64,000 nucleotides of DNA from Paramoeba atlantica (Eukaryota > Protista > Discosea). The DNA is taken from the NCBI GenBank assembly GCA_977017575.1, contig CDRNVI010000079.1:1-64000 (forward strand). The letters are read 5' to 3'. Shown here piece after piece: positions 35,559 to 47,129 of the stretch. Made by a program: the position numbers and the translations under genes. The notes below the pieces were generated by a model. That model saw nothing but the letters and a program-made list of their open reading frames with translations. It had not been told where the DNA came from and ran no database searches. Numbering within the stretch: the stretch's first letter is position 1; each line of letters starts with the position of its first letter.

Positions 35559-36121
35559 GTTAGTGGGAAGCAATTTGCGAAGCCCAACAATTCCACCATA
35601 CCCAACCCGTAATAAAGCCAAGACCTTGTTTACCCGTCTGCAAGACGAAAACGTCTGACGTTAGTGGGAAGCAATTTGCGAAGCCCAACAATTCCACCAT
35701 ACCCAACCCGTAATAAAGCCAAGACCTTGTTTACCCGTCTGCACGATAACAACGTCTGACGTTCGTGGGAAGCAATTTGCGAAGCCCAGCAATTCCACCG
35801 TACACGTAGTTCACTGACGTTCGTGGGAAGCAATTTGCGAAGCATAACAATTTCACCTTACCCAACCCGTAATAAAGCCAAGACCTTGTTTACCCGTCTG
35901 CAAGACGAAAACGTCTGACGTTAGTGGGAAGCAATTTGCGAAGCATAACAATTCCACCATACCCAACCCGTAATAAAACCAAGACCTTGTTTACCCGTCT
36001 CCGAGACGAAAACGTCTGACGTTAGTGGGAAGCAATTTGCGAAGCCCAACAATTCCACCATACCCAACCCGTAATTAAGCCAAGACCTTGTTTACCCGTC
36101 TGCAAGACGAAAACGTCTGAC
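35559..36121. repeat. Satellite array C
   Basis: Same unit; the first ~430 bp duplicate the start of array B. It abuts a foldback-family fragment (36122-36205). Confidence 0.95.
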
Positions 36122-37346
36122 TTTGGGCCGTTTTTGATGCCTTACCAGTAAGGGTAGGAGGCGAATCTGACGAAAAAAACGTCATAGAATGGTAGCTGAG
36201 GTCCCAAACTATCAAAATACGTACCGTCCCCCCCCAATTTAGTGTTTAGTAGAATTGGGCAAAATCGAATACTAAGTAGGGGAGAGGAAAGATCAATGTA
36301 AAAGACGTGAAAAACAGATATAAAATGAAAAAATGAACGGAAAAAAAATGGCGCCGCGAAGCGGCGCCGTGTTCGTTGATGCCGAAACTACACTTGAAAA
36401 CTTTCGAAACGAACCACCTGATGGTTCGCCTACGGCTACCTTCAATCCTCCACACCCTTAGTTCCACGCTTTTCAAGAGTTCTAACCTTTCGTTTAGTCT
36501 TGCAGAGTTTGTTACGCAGCCTCTTGATAATTGCACCCTTGGCATTGATTTTTTTTAAGGAAAAACTCCCTCGTCACTTGGATCTGAAATTGATTGTGGA
36601 ACGGGTTCTTCCTTTTCAGGGGATAAAGAGTCAAGTCTGGTATCGTCATCAGCTCCGCGCGATACATCGGAGTTAAGACCCTTTATTTCCCCTACCGCTT
36701 CTAAAAGCTTTGCGTCTAACCCAGGCGACAATTGTCCATTTCATTGCGCTTCGGTACTATTTTTTCGGTGTTCTCTGTGGTAATCTGATTATGCCTGAAA
36801 AAACATTAACCGAAAACAAGTCTCGCAGCTCTTTCAAGGTTGGTTTCAAGGTTGGTTTTTCGTGAACGGGGTTGTAAAAAAAATTTGTACGCCACTTTCT
36901 ACGAAGCTTTGAAATTAAACACTAAATAGGGGTGGGCAAGGTACTAAATAGTAAATAGGGGGGGACGGCAATAGTAATCGCTTTTGGGAAATATTGTTTT
37001 TGCTTTTTCTTTGGTCGAAAATATATAATTTTTAGGTCATCCCTAAAATTTCGGGAAGTTTGACCATGGAAATATTCGCTATGGGAACACGGTTTAGATA
37101 GAAACGGAATATCGTCTTCTCGTAACCAGTCTCACGTGGTGTACTCAGCGACAGATTGTATTCCTCACCTTGAGCGAGACGGATCCTCTTGTGGGAATCA
37201 TTGACCCACTTTTACATTATTTTGTTTCGCAAATAGCGCTTTTGAACCTTTCATCGAAGAGGGGTTTCCTGATCACTTACTCTATTCGCATGAAAAAGAA
37301 ATCCTAAAAAAGATAACATTAGACAACTGCGTCTTCTTTTTATGAA

Positions 37347-38147
37347 ATGGATGACAAATTCGCTACACGTCCTAGTAAGGTTAGCCCTCTTCTCTTGTCT
37401 CAGGAGGATATGCTGGAGCGTCTCATTGTGCATCTGACGGGAAGACATAAAACTTGGATTGGTACTCACAGCAAACTCTTCGGACGTTCCAAGCCTGCAT
37501 CTGTGTGCAAGTGGAAAGGTGTGACCTGCGACAGCCATACACGCGTTACGGAAATTATGTGGGAATCAATGAGTCTAGAAGGACGTTTGCAATGGGACAG
37601 TCTGCCCAAGTCCGTTATAACTTGTTCTTTCAATAATAACAGACTTACGGGTCCCATTCAACTCAATGCTTTGCCCTCGCAGCTTACCCACTTTGATGTA
37701 TCCTGGAATTCTCATACGGGTGAGTTGTCTTTTGTTGACTTGCCGCATACGCTAGAGACTCTCTATATGCGTCACAATCAGTTAGAGGGAAATGTAGATT
37801 TTACTCAACTGCCTCGGGGTCTAATCAATTTAGATATCGCACTGAACCATCTTTCAGGGGAGGTTAATCTAGCTTGCTTTCCGAGTTCAATGCAATATAT
37901 TTATCTGTCGAATAATGAATTTACGGGACCTCTGCGGCTAGAATCCTTACCTTCCTCATTGGAATGCATCCACTGCGACAGAAATGATTTTTCTGGATTA
38001 ACATTTTTTGATGGACTTCCAAACGGATTGCGTGAACTGCGACTGGAAAAGAATAAAGATCTTCATGGAGAAATCGATACCACTTATCTACCTCAACATC
38101 TAGAGCCGACAATTCGTGAGACGAATATTCGTATAAAATATGATTGA
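37347..38147 (+). CDS. Short LRR-family protein
   Basis: LLLSQEDMLE leader, CKWKGVTCD cap, LRRs. Confidence 0.88.
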   Translation: MDDKFATRPSKVSPLLLSQEDMLERLIVHLTGRHKTWIGTHSKLFGRSKPASVCKWKGVTCDSHTRVTEIMWESMSLEGRLQWDSLPKSVITCSFNNNRLTGPIQLNALPSQLTHFDVSWNSHTGELSFVDLPHTLETLYMRHNQLEGNVDFTQLPRGLINLDIALNHLSGEVNLACFPSSMQYIYLSNNEFTGPLRLESLPSSLECIHCDRNDFSGLTFFDGLPNGLRELRLEKNKDLHGEIDTTYLPQHLEPTIRETNIRIKYD

Positions 38148-38553
38148 ATTATGTTTCAATTTGGTGCTATTGGTTGTATACATGCAGTCTATAGGTTGTA
38201 TACAGGTCTATAGGTCTATACAGTACAGTACGTTGTATACATACTGTAGATTAGATTGATCGCTTTTTTACCTACACAGGGAGGAAATGTTACCCACCAA
38301 AACTTGTAAATTTTATGAACAAATGAAACGATTTCTGTTCAGTTTTGAAGGCTTTTACAATTTGAAAGCGATGAACTCTTCTTTCCATTGAAACTTGTAA
38401 CGTTCTCGATCCTACTACTAATTCCTACTAACTGGGCGAAGGGTATACGGGGGGAACCCTATTACTAATAGGATTTACCGAGCGGACTACTAGTATCTTT
38501 TTACATCTTCCATACAAGAACTGACTTTTCTTCATTCCCCATATTCCCGTTCC

Positions 38554-41500
38554 ATGTCTCAACGAAACGAATCTCACTTCCCTAGTGCCTCAACCTTAAA
38601 TCGCACTCACATTCCTTCCAAAGGATTTCCCTCGACGGGTTCCCATGTAAGGTCCCCATGTCTGCCTTCTCGCTCGCTTCCACCACGCTTTCTGTTGCTT
38701 CTTTCTACCTTCTTGTGTTTGTTACTTTCCTGCGATGCCCTGCACATCTCTCTCTTCGCTTCTCATCACGACCTTTGGAAATCACCCCAAAAATCCTCAA
38801 CTCCTCTTTCTCCTCCAAACGCCGCTTTTCGCCCCCGCTTTCCACTTCCCTCCATCTCGGCTACCCCAGGAAACGCGCGACCAAAAGCAAAATCCGCGCA
38901 TCATCTCAACTTTCGCCGAGCCCAGACACTTTTAGCACCGCTTTCGCCGTTACAGCCTTCTTCCTCTTCTTCTTCTTCATCGAATGAAAATTCTTCCTCT
39001 CCCTTTTCCACGGCCAACACATCCGATGCGATTTCTTCTTCATCGTCTTCATCATCATCTTCTCTCTCCACTCCACAAACCCTCCAAGACATCGAAGGCA
39101 CTCTACACAACGAATCCTCACAAACCTTTCCCTCGATTGCTCCGCTCTCTGAAAACTCGTTTTCTTCTTCTTCTTCTTTCTCCTCTTCACCGCTCTTTCG
39201 TTTCCTTCACTCGCTCCAACGCTTTCTGTATACTTTATTCGCCTCGATGTGTAGAAATTGTACATTTTCGAGCCGATCGAATCTTCATGATGGTGAGTCT
39301 TCTTTTTCTTCGCGCTCTGCTGGTGCTATGGGGTCTTCGTCATCGTCGTCGTCTTCTTCATCGTCTTCTTCATCGTTTTCATCATCATCTTCATTCGAAA
39401 GCGCTGCGGATTCCAATGCTCTGTCTTCTTTCTCATCGTCTTCTTCGTCTCTTGCTGATTTCGCCTCATCCATCCATGCGCTTTCCCTTCAATGCCACAC
39501 CCCGGGGACAAAACAAAACATAAAGTTAGGTTTTGAAAATACACAAAATGGAAAACAAAATGTAAAGCAAAATGTAAAACAACAAAATGCTTTTCCTATG
39601 AAAGAGAGCCAAGCCGCTGCTGCAGCAGTAGCCGCTCTTTTTCATCATCGTTCTCCCATCCCCCTTGGAGATTACGCTTTCCCTCATCATCCTTCATGGA
39701 GAGTGGGAGCGAAGGCGAGAGCTAACGGGGAATCCAACACACATCAGAGCAATCGTTTGAACCCAAACGGTACAAACGTTTGCGAGTCAAAAGCACTCAA
39801 AGCTCAAACTTTGAATCAAAAGTACAAAATCGCTCTCCAGCATGATTTCTCGTTTCATGTTGAAATGAAAACGGGAGCGAACGGTTTAAGCCTAATTTCA
39901 CAAAAAGGGGGGGATAGGGAACGACGGGGTTTGATCCAAAGCGTACTGGTGCGGTATTATGCCACCGTGCTGGATAGTTTTGTGGAGGACACCTGGGGGA
40001 GGGAGCAGAGGAGAGCGGACAGGGCAGCCGATAGGGAAAAAGCGGAAGGGGAAAGAGATGAAAAAGAGCAAGAAAAGGGCCTTTTTATTCCCACGCTTTT
40101 ACTTCACCCTTTTGAGAGTTCTGCTTTACGTCCTCGATTTTATGTAACGGAGCGAAATTATCCAGGAGTGGAGTATCGGCTTTTTTTCGACAGTGGTTTG
40201 TTTTCTCTTCGTGAGGAGATTCTTCCCGAGGCGTTGGAGCGTTTGGAGAAAGATTTACGACGCCGCATGACAGTGCAGTTCTCGGATGTGAAAATCCAGT
40301 CCGCAGAGTCGAATCTCTCGGCCTCGTTTGCCGCGAGACGATCCGAGGGGGATAAAAATCGGGAAAAGTATTATTGGCTGCAAACGCTGTTGGAAAAAAA
40401 TAAGATTCAAGTGAAAGACACTCCGATTGAGTTTCCCGCAGCACGAGCGTCGTTGGATGACCGGTGCGTGTTGGTGATTCCACAACTTCGAGAAGAGGAG
40501 GGCGAGTGTAACAAGAGGATAAGAAAGGCAGAAGGCGAAGCGAAAGATCATGATAATCGCTTTTCTACGACACGACGAAGTCTTTTTACGGATCAAGAAG
40601 AGCAGTCATCGTCGGAGGATGCTGGAACTTCCGAATTTTCTTTTTCAAAATCGAAATTTTCGCCCTCGTTGAGCTCTTCTTCCACGCCGACGACAGCGTC
40701 GAGCGCTGAACAAAACCCAACCGCTGCAAATTTAGCCCACAATCTTCGATTCCCGCACGGCGCGCGTCGTACCCATTTATGGTCCTCTCACCCTCCTGAT
40801 ATTCTCCCTCTCGATGCTCGTCCGTATTTCGAACTCCCGGAGTCTTTTCGACATTCGTTTCAACGACTCGCGCAGAGTTTGAAGCTTTCAACGACGCAGT
40901 TGGATGAGTTGCGATGGGAAACGTTACAGTGGCTTCAGAAAAGAGTAAGGAAAGAAAATCAAAAAGGGGAAGAAGAAAATGAAAAGGACGGGATCGAGGA
41001 TAACGAAAACCATGAAAGTAAGGAAGAGGAAAAGGAGGAGAAAATGCAGGACAGTCCTGGAACGCGCAAATCTGGAATAAATATGAGTAAGGGCTTAAAA
41101 AAGAGTAAACCGCCGAATGCCTTCGAAAGCCCACCTCCCGAAACCCCTTGCTGGGAGGAAACGCGTGTTTTGGGGTCTCCCTCCGGTTACTGTCCTGCAG
41201 AGCCTGTGGGATTATACGGCGCCGGTCCGGCTTCGTTTTTTCTTCGTGATTTACGACACCGTTATGTGTGGGAAGCGGTGGAGCCAAGCCAACGAAGTTC
41301 GGGTCTATGGCACACCAAAGGGGTCTCCTCGCAAAGTTACTTTTTGAACACAAATGCGGGAGTATCAGAGGGCTTTCAGCCGTGGAAAGGGTTTCACCGC
41401 AAAGGGGTATGCACGGTTCCTCCTTTTTTGTGGAAAACACAACAAGAGGGGGAGGAAAAGAACAAGGTGGGTGAAAAACAGGAGGCGGAGAAACAACAAA

Positions 41501-42762
41501 GAGAGGGCACTCCGTATTCCCGTCCGTATTTGCTCACGCCTCTGGTGCGCCTGTCCTCTCGTTTGTTATCTACTCCGAAATCGAGCGGAGTTGTGGAATC
41601 TGGTACCGCTCGAAACGAACCTTTCGGAGATGTGTTTCATGACGAGGAGAGTGAAGAGGAAATCGAGGCATTGTCTTCGGAAGAAGACGAAGAGGATGCA
41701 GAAAGTGATTACGAAAGTTCTGCATCAGATTGGGAGGAAGAAAGCGAGGACGCAGTTTTGGCTACACCGGAGAAACCTGCAATGTCGGAGAAATTGTCGA
41801 TGAAACCCCGGTCTAGCTTTTTAATCGAACTATGGAGACGTGCATTTTCCTCACCGTATTTCACAGGATCTATTGGTTCTCAAGAATGCACAGAATTTCA
41901 GGATTCCGACTCTCATCCTCACGAAAGTGATGTTCACGAAAAGCATATCCCCCATGGCAGAAAGTTACACACACGCGTGCACGATAAAATCGGATTACAT
42001 CCAAACCCAATTGGTTTGGCTGAATTGGGAGACACAACACGCAGTACCGTTTTGAGTGACAATGGAAAGCCACCCAGTTCCACAACCAACACAACAATGT
42101 CGTATCTGGACTCCACTTTAGAGCGAGAGAATCACCGAGACGATACCCAACGAAAATTGAAGAAACGCCGAAACATGAACTCTCGTCGTTTTCCCTTGAG
42201 CGCCGCAAGGACGCTTCCCCAGTCGTTACCTAATGTAATGTACCAACCCAAACCATCTTTGCAAACGACAAAGCCTTCCGAAGAATCTAGTGACCTTTTA
42301 GAACTTCAATCAGAGCCTCATTCTACATTAAAAAGAAAAAGTGACAAGGAGCAGGACGACGCTTCAAACCGAGTGTCGGGTTCTTCCCAGGACCACATAT
42401 CGGTTTCACAAGCTACAAAATTGACCTCTACCCAAGATCCATCATCTTCTTCTGTTTCGTCAAAATCTCGAAAACGCCGTAAACGAAAGAAGGATCGGTC
42501 CTGGATAAACACGCTGTCTACGTTTGCGCGCCCCTTCTTCCCCCCGTTCTTTTCAACCCCCAAACGCGCCCCTTCCCTTTCCAAACGCCAATCGTCTCGT
42601 TTCTTGTTATCCGCGAAACGAAAACCCAATGCGAAGCCACGGAAGCGATCGCCCCGAGAGCTTTGGTTAACACGAATGGAACATATGCAGATTTTATGTC
42701 CGTGTAACTCGGCGTCTGCTTTTTCGGACCGGCAAATGAAAGTTTCGGTCAGAGCGTTGTAG
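38554..42762 (+). CDS. Hypothetical 1402-aa Ser/Glu-rich protein with an N-terminal hydrophobic segment
   Basis: 4.2-kb stop-free ORF; FLLLLSTFLCLLLSCDA is signal/TM-like; no family recognised. Confidence 0.75.
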   Translation: MSQRNESHFPSASTLNRTHIPSKGFPSTGSHVRSPCLPSRSLPPRFLLLLSTFLCLLLSCDALHISLFASHHDLWKSPQKSSTPLSPPNAAFRPRFPLPSISATPGNARPKAKSAHHLNFRRAQTLLAPLSPLQPSSSSSSSSNENSSSPFSTANTSDAISSSSSSSSSSLSTPQTLQDIEGTLHNESSQTFPSIAPLSENSFSSSSSFSSSPLFRFLHSLQRFLYTLFASMCRNCTFSSRSNLHDGESSFSSRSAGAMGSSSSSSSSSSSSSSFSSSSSFESAADSNALSSFSSSSSSLADFASSIHALSLQCHTPGTKQNIKLGFENTQNGKQNVKQNVKQQNAFPMKESQAAAAAVAALFHHRSPIPLGDYAFPHHPSWRVGAKARANGESNTHQSNRLNPNGTNVCESKALKAQTLNQKYKIALQHDFSFHVEMKTGANGLSLISQKGGDRERRGLIQSVLVRYYATVLDSFVEDTWGREQRRADRAADREKAEGERDEKEQEKGLFIPTLLLHPFESSALRPRFYVTERNYPGVEYRLFFDSGLFSLREEILPEALERLEKDLRRRMTVQFSDVKIQSAESNLSASFAARRSEGDKNREKYYWLQTLLEKNKIQVKDTPIEFPAARASLDDRCVLVIPQLREEEGECNKRIRKAEGEAKDHDNRFSTTRRSLFTDQEEQSSSEDAGTSEFSFSKSKFSPSLSSSSTPTTASSAEQNPTAANLAHNLRFPHGARRTHLWSSHPPDILPLDARPYFELPESFRHSFQRLAQSLKLSTTQLDELRWETLQWLQKRVRKENQKGEEENEKDGIEDNENHESKEEEKEEKMQDSPGTRKSGINMSKGLKKSKPPNAFESPPPETPCWEETRVLGSPSGYCPAEPVGLYGAGPASFFLRDLRHRYVWEAVEPSQRSSGLWHTKGVSSQSYFLNTNAGVSEGFQPWKGFHRKGVCTVPPFLWKTQQEGEEKNKVGEKQEAEKQQREGTPYSRPYLLTPLVRLSSRLLSTPKSSGVVESGTARNEPFGDVFHDEESEEEIEALSSEEDEEDAESDYESSASDWEEESEDAVLATPEKPAMSEKLSMKPRSSFLIELWRRAFSSPYFTGSIGSQECTEFQDSDSHPHESDVHEKHIPHGRKLHTRVHDKIGLHPNPIGLAELGDTTRSTVLSDNGKPPSSTTNTTMSYLDSTLERENHRDDTQRKLKKRRNMNSRRFPLSAARTLPQSLPNVMYQPKPSLQTTKPSEESSDLLELQSEPHSTLKRKSDKEQDDASNRVSGSSQDHISVSQATKLTSTQDPSSSSVSSKSRKRRKRKKDRSWINTLSTFARPFFPPFFSTPKRAPSLSKRQSSRFLLSAKRKPNAKPRKRSPRELWLTRMEHMQILCPCNSASAFSDRQMKVSVRAL

Positions 42763-43646
42763 ATCAAGGAAGGGTCGTAGATTTGATGACGTACACATTA
42801 TGTAGAACAGTAAAGGTACAGCGCTAAGTACTCAATATAGAAGTAGAATACTTTTTTGGTGTAACATACAGGTGTAATTACAAAACACGAATTCTCATGC
42901 GTTATATGGGGTGTAGAAACGAGATACTGCACGCTTTTGCACAATTCACTAGAGGGAATTGCAAGAGCTCTCGAATGCGCTATTATATTTATTTTCCTGT
43001 TACGGATCTTAAACACCCTTCAGATTTAGCTGGGAACTTCTGAACTATACGGCTCATGTAACCATGATCTCGGGAGATCTCAGATTGATCCGTACCAGCC
43101 GTCCTTAAATTCATAGAGGCACCGGAGGATGACATACCCGAATAAGCTTCCTCCACATTGTACTTTAATTTTTGTAGAGAACGAAATCGGTGGTGACATT
43201 TCCATGTTTTCCCCGATGTTTTTCTAAAAACAAGTGTTGATCAAATTCTTCCCTAATATTTTCAAGTAGCAAGTATTGAGACAACATTGAGTGTTGATTG
43301 TTTTTCGAATTCGTGAATAATATTCAATGAGTTTTTTATTGTTCAACACATTAAAAAGCTACACAATAAGAAATTCACACTTCTTTGCTAGCACGGTATC
43401 TCTTAACGCCCTCTTTCATGCTAGATCCTCGCCTTTTTGAGGGTACAATGATCTAAAACATACATGCAGGACATTTTCTATTGAATGTGGGATAAAAATT
43501 ATAACTTAAAAATGACTTAAGCAATCGATGAAGATGAAGAAAAGATAAAAAGACAAAGAACAAACAAAATCCATTTTCCCATATTTTTGGCCACTGGAGT
43601 AACTCCTTATCCTTTATACGTCATCCTTTGCACCTGAGAAGCTCAA

Positions 43647-44585
43647 ATGCGGAGCTGTACATTTCTTATGATTCGTTTTTTGAGTCCGGTTCTTCGATCT
43701 CCCCCTTCCGTACCTCAGCAACTTTTGCATGAGTGGTACAGCTCCGAGAAATGGTGTAAGCTTTGCGCATGCCCAACGTCGGCTATGGGTATACATATAG
43801 GGGAGAAAGATCACCAGGCTCTGGAGATCTTTGTTGATAAAATTTGGCAAGGCGATCACATGTCTTGGTGGGCACAGCACGTGTACGCGTCTGTTGGTTT
43901 ACTTCGGGCACCGTATGCATCGCTTTACAAAGTTTTTGATAAATTTGAAAATCAAAGGTTATTCGTCTTGCACGAAGCCATCAAAACGCTTAAGGAGAAA
44001 AAGATTACTCGTGTAACGAGAACGGTTCGTGATGGAGGTGGAAGAACTCTATTTCTAGTTGCCTCTCGTATGAGTCACATGACATCTAAGATTTTAATAG
44101 GGCTTCTACCTAATGCCGCATCTCGCGAACTTTCGGCAGCTCTAAATATGATAACTTCGGAGTTTTCTATGGAAACCGTGTACGATATCCTTAGGTTGGA
44201 TCTCCTGTACGGAGATTTAGGTAATCGGTCTCCCAACATATTGAAAGCCATACTCGGAAATTGTCTTGATATTACTTCGGACTATTCCCGCGGGTTATGT
44301 CATGGAAGAAGAGCCTTGATCACGCCTATGATAAAGGAACTGTGTTACTACGTTCAATGGGGTATCATTTGTGAGGCGATTATTTCTCGTATGCAAGAGT
44401 ACATCGCTCGAGGGCAAATGGTGTGGGTGAATGAGCTGAATTATGAAACGAGAAAGAATCTATTGGCTAATAAAAGTACTCATAGATTGGCACCTGTACA
44501 CGAATCTACATCCGACATGCTAAAAAAAAGATTTGAAACCGATTTATGGAAACATGATGATCTGTCTGGAAACGTGATGATGTGA
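43647..44585 (+). CDS. KREPB4: KREPB4-like RNA editing complex (editosome) subunit: U1-type zinc finger plus degenerate RNase III-like domain
   Basis: WCKLC-x9-HIGEKDH finger; LLPNA..ELSA, ETVYDI, KAILG, CEAIISRMQEYIARGQMVW blocks match my recollection of trypanosomatid KREPB4/B5. Exact paralogue uncertain. Confidence 0.65.
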   Translation: MRSCTFLMIRFLSPVLRSPPSVPQQLLHEWYSSEKWCKLCACPTSAMGIHIGEKDHQALEIFVDKIWQGDHMSWWAQHVYASVGLLRAPYASLYKVFDKFENQRLFVLHEAIKTLKEKKITRVTRTVRDGGGRTLFLVASRMSHMTSKILIGLLPNAASRELSAALNMITSEFSMETVYDILRLDLLYGDLGNRSPNILKAILGNCLDITSDYSRGLCHGRRALITPMIKELCYYVQWGIICEAIISRMQEYIARGQMVWVNELNYETRKNLLANKSTHRLAPVHESTSDMLKKRFETDLWKHDDLSGNVMM

Positions 44586-45138
44586 CTCATCGCACCGTTT
44601 TCCTTCTTTGTATTCCAGTTCGAGTACTTGTTGTTGTTGTTTAACCCGTTTGGCCATGACTGGCTACGGGTTCAGAGTACACCCTAGTTATTTAGTGCTC
44701 GTGTGAAACGGCACCGGGTATTACCGTACCCCGTGGGTGGTACGCTGTCAGTCGCGCGCAGACTTTCCCAGAGGGATGCCGCACTCGCCGATAGACGAGC
44801 AATACCTGTCAGGTTGCGAGGCCTGACCCGTCATCCGTGACTTCACTGCCCGATGGATTCGCATCCTGGGGCAAAGAAGTAGTGGAGCAGTCGTTATATT
44901 CTGTTCCACCACCAGGGATGACTCACGCTAGGGTGTGTGGAGCTTGTGAGGCTCTCTCACCAGCGGGGCTCACAATGGAGCGCGACCAGTGCCCTTCACA
45001 ACTTCAATTATTGCGTATGGATACTATCCTAGTTTATTGGCGTCTTGTTTTGCTGACACCGGGTAGCTCCACACAAGGGTCCGGGGAAGGGGAAGGCGAC
45101 TGGGGGGACGGAGAAGGGCCGGCGAAGCGGTGACGAAA

Positions 45139-45214
45139 CCGAGGTTTCGCGAAGGGTTTTATCGAGGTTTCGCGAAGGGTTTTATCGAGGTTTCGCAAGG
45201 TTTCGCGAGGTTTC
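45139..45214 (+). repeat. 23-bp tandem repeat (cgaggtttcgcgaagggttttat)
   Basis: Two full copies plus degenerate partials. Confidence 0.8.
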
Positions 45215-45342
45215 ACCCGCAGCCCCTCGTATGACTGTTTTGCTTCTGCTTCGTTTGGCAGGTATTGTATGCGAGATGTTCGTTCCTGAATCAATGCGCA
45301 TGTATCTGACTCGTGGAACCTGGCGATTAACGGACGGGCATT

Positions 45343-45994
45343 TCATAACGTCTTTGCGCTCTGGGGGGTGTTGCCAGCCGTCCGCTGACGAAAATCCGGC
45401 TGTGACGTGTGTTTGTACGGGCAATCCTTAATGAAATGGTCTGAGTATCTGCAATTGTAACACTGCGGTCGATAATTTCCGTACGATGGGCGCAACGATT
45501 GTGGGTGTTGCCCTGTCGATCCGCCTCTAAAATTATTTTGGAAGGACACTTTTGGGGACATACATGTATTTTAGATATGTCCCCGTTCGTCGCGGCGCAG
45601 AGAAAGAAATATAACGACTGTGTTGTTCACGCTCACTCAATTGATCGGTTACGTGCTGATAGAATTTATCATGCATGCGATCATCTTTATCCATGTTTCG
45701 GTGTACCGCCTCTACGTCCATCCTACAGGCTCGCCAATAGGCATCGCGGAGACTTTGTATTATCGCTTTTCCTAACTCCAAGAACGGACCTGTATACTTT
45801 TTGTATGCCGTCGTGTAAGTTTCATATAGAGTACAAAATAACATGCAAAATACAGTATGTTGACTCCGCAGTAAGAAATGTGGTCCTTTTTGGGCTGACC
45901 CCCAGTAAGAGAGATTAGGCTCATGATACCCACAGGAGGCGTATAGGGAGTAGTGAGTGTGTGTCCACATGTCGGGGCCTCGGGGGTAACCCAA
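45343..45994 (-). pseudogene. gag-like retroelement remnant with CCHC knuckle (possibly VIPER/DIRS type)
   Basis: CYNCRYSDHFIKDC is C-x2-C-x4-H-x4-C; fragmented upstream ORFs on the same strand up to ~46900. Confidence 0.5.
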
Positions 45995-47129
45995 ATAAAC
46001 GTTTTAACATATTTTTAGAATAAGAAATATGAAAATCTTGTCAAACGAGTTGGAAGAAAAGAGAAAACTGGCCAAAAAAACATGAGCACGTGCATGGGTG
46101 GCCAAGTGGGACACTATAGCCTTATTATTGTTGTCCGCAGCTTCTCCCATCATAATTTGTTCCAGAGTCTCCGCGGCCACCCCAACTCCCTCATGACGAA
46201 GGCGATGAGTTAAGAGAATGGACCCTAATTTGCACAAGAGGGTCCAGAGGCCGAGACGAACGCCGTCCTCCTCGATGTTCGGGAATCGCGTATCCGGCGG
46301 CATACTAGCCAAACTTTTGGCGTAGTGCACCATGTCCAGACGCCCCCCACTGCGTCACAGACTCGACGCTTTACCTCTTGTGTTAGCCACGGCTCGCCGC
46401 TAAACCCCGTTTGTGTTAAGCATGCGTGCAATTGTGGGCCACAACGAGGGTCTTCCTGGGTTCTGATCAAGGATCGGAACGCTTCGCAGATATCTTTTGA
46501 TCGCAGATATCCGACTGTTCGACGGGGACAGTAGCGGTGCTCGGAGGGCGAAGCATAGCAGATTCCTCTGCGCACAGTTCATCGCGCAGTTTGACCAGTA
46601 CTTGGGGAGCTACATCCGTGCTGGAGAAGTCACCTCGTTGCAAGGCACTCAAGTTACGACGAATCACTTGAGTACCTCGGATTGAGTCACCATTGCTCGT
46701 GCATGCGGATGCGCGCTCCAGTATGGGATCAATGATTACGAATTCTTTGGCAAACTGAATGGCGCCGGGAAGGACCCCAACGAGGTCCCGTTGCACGGTT
46801 AAACCAAGTCGCTTCATGGAGCAAAGCTCCATATAAGAGGTCTTTGGGGTAGGGGTGTTGTTCACCACAGGGACAAGCTCAGGAATAGTGTCTACCATAA
46901 TACAAAACTAGAACAAGAATTGTAATTCAGATAATACTAGTTCTGGTAAACCATGTGTCCCTCTCAACATGAGCTTATAAGCTCCTGTATAAATCTCAGT
47001 GAATGGACTGTGGACATCTTTGGTGTATGCATGGTTACATGAATACCTACTGTATGTACGTATGTATACACACGTATGTATGTACATACATTATTGCGGT
47101 GGTTGTAAAACTACCGCTCTACACTTGAT

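Noticed and set aside
29023-36121. CRISPR array
   Set aside because: Units are near-identical along their whole length, with no unique spacers and no cas genes; eukaryotic context.
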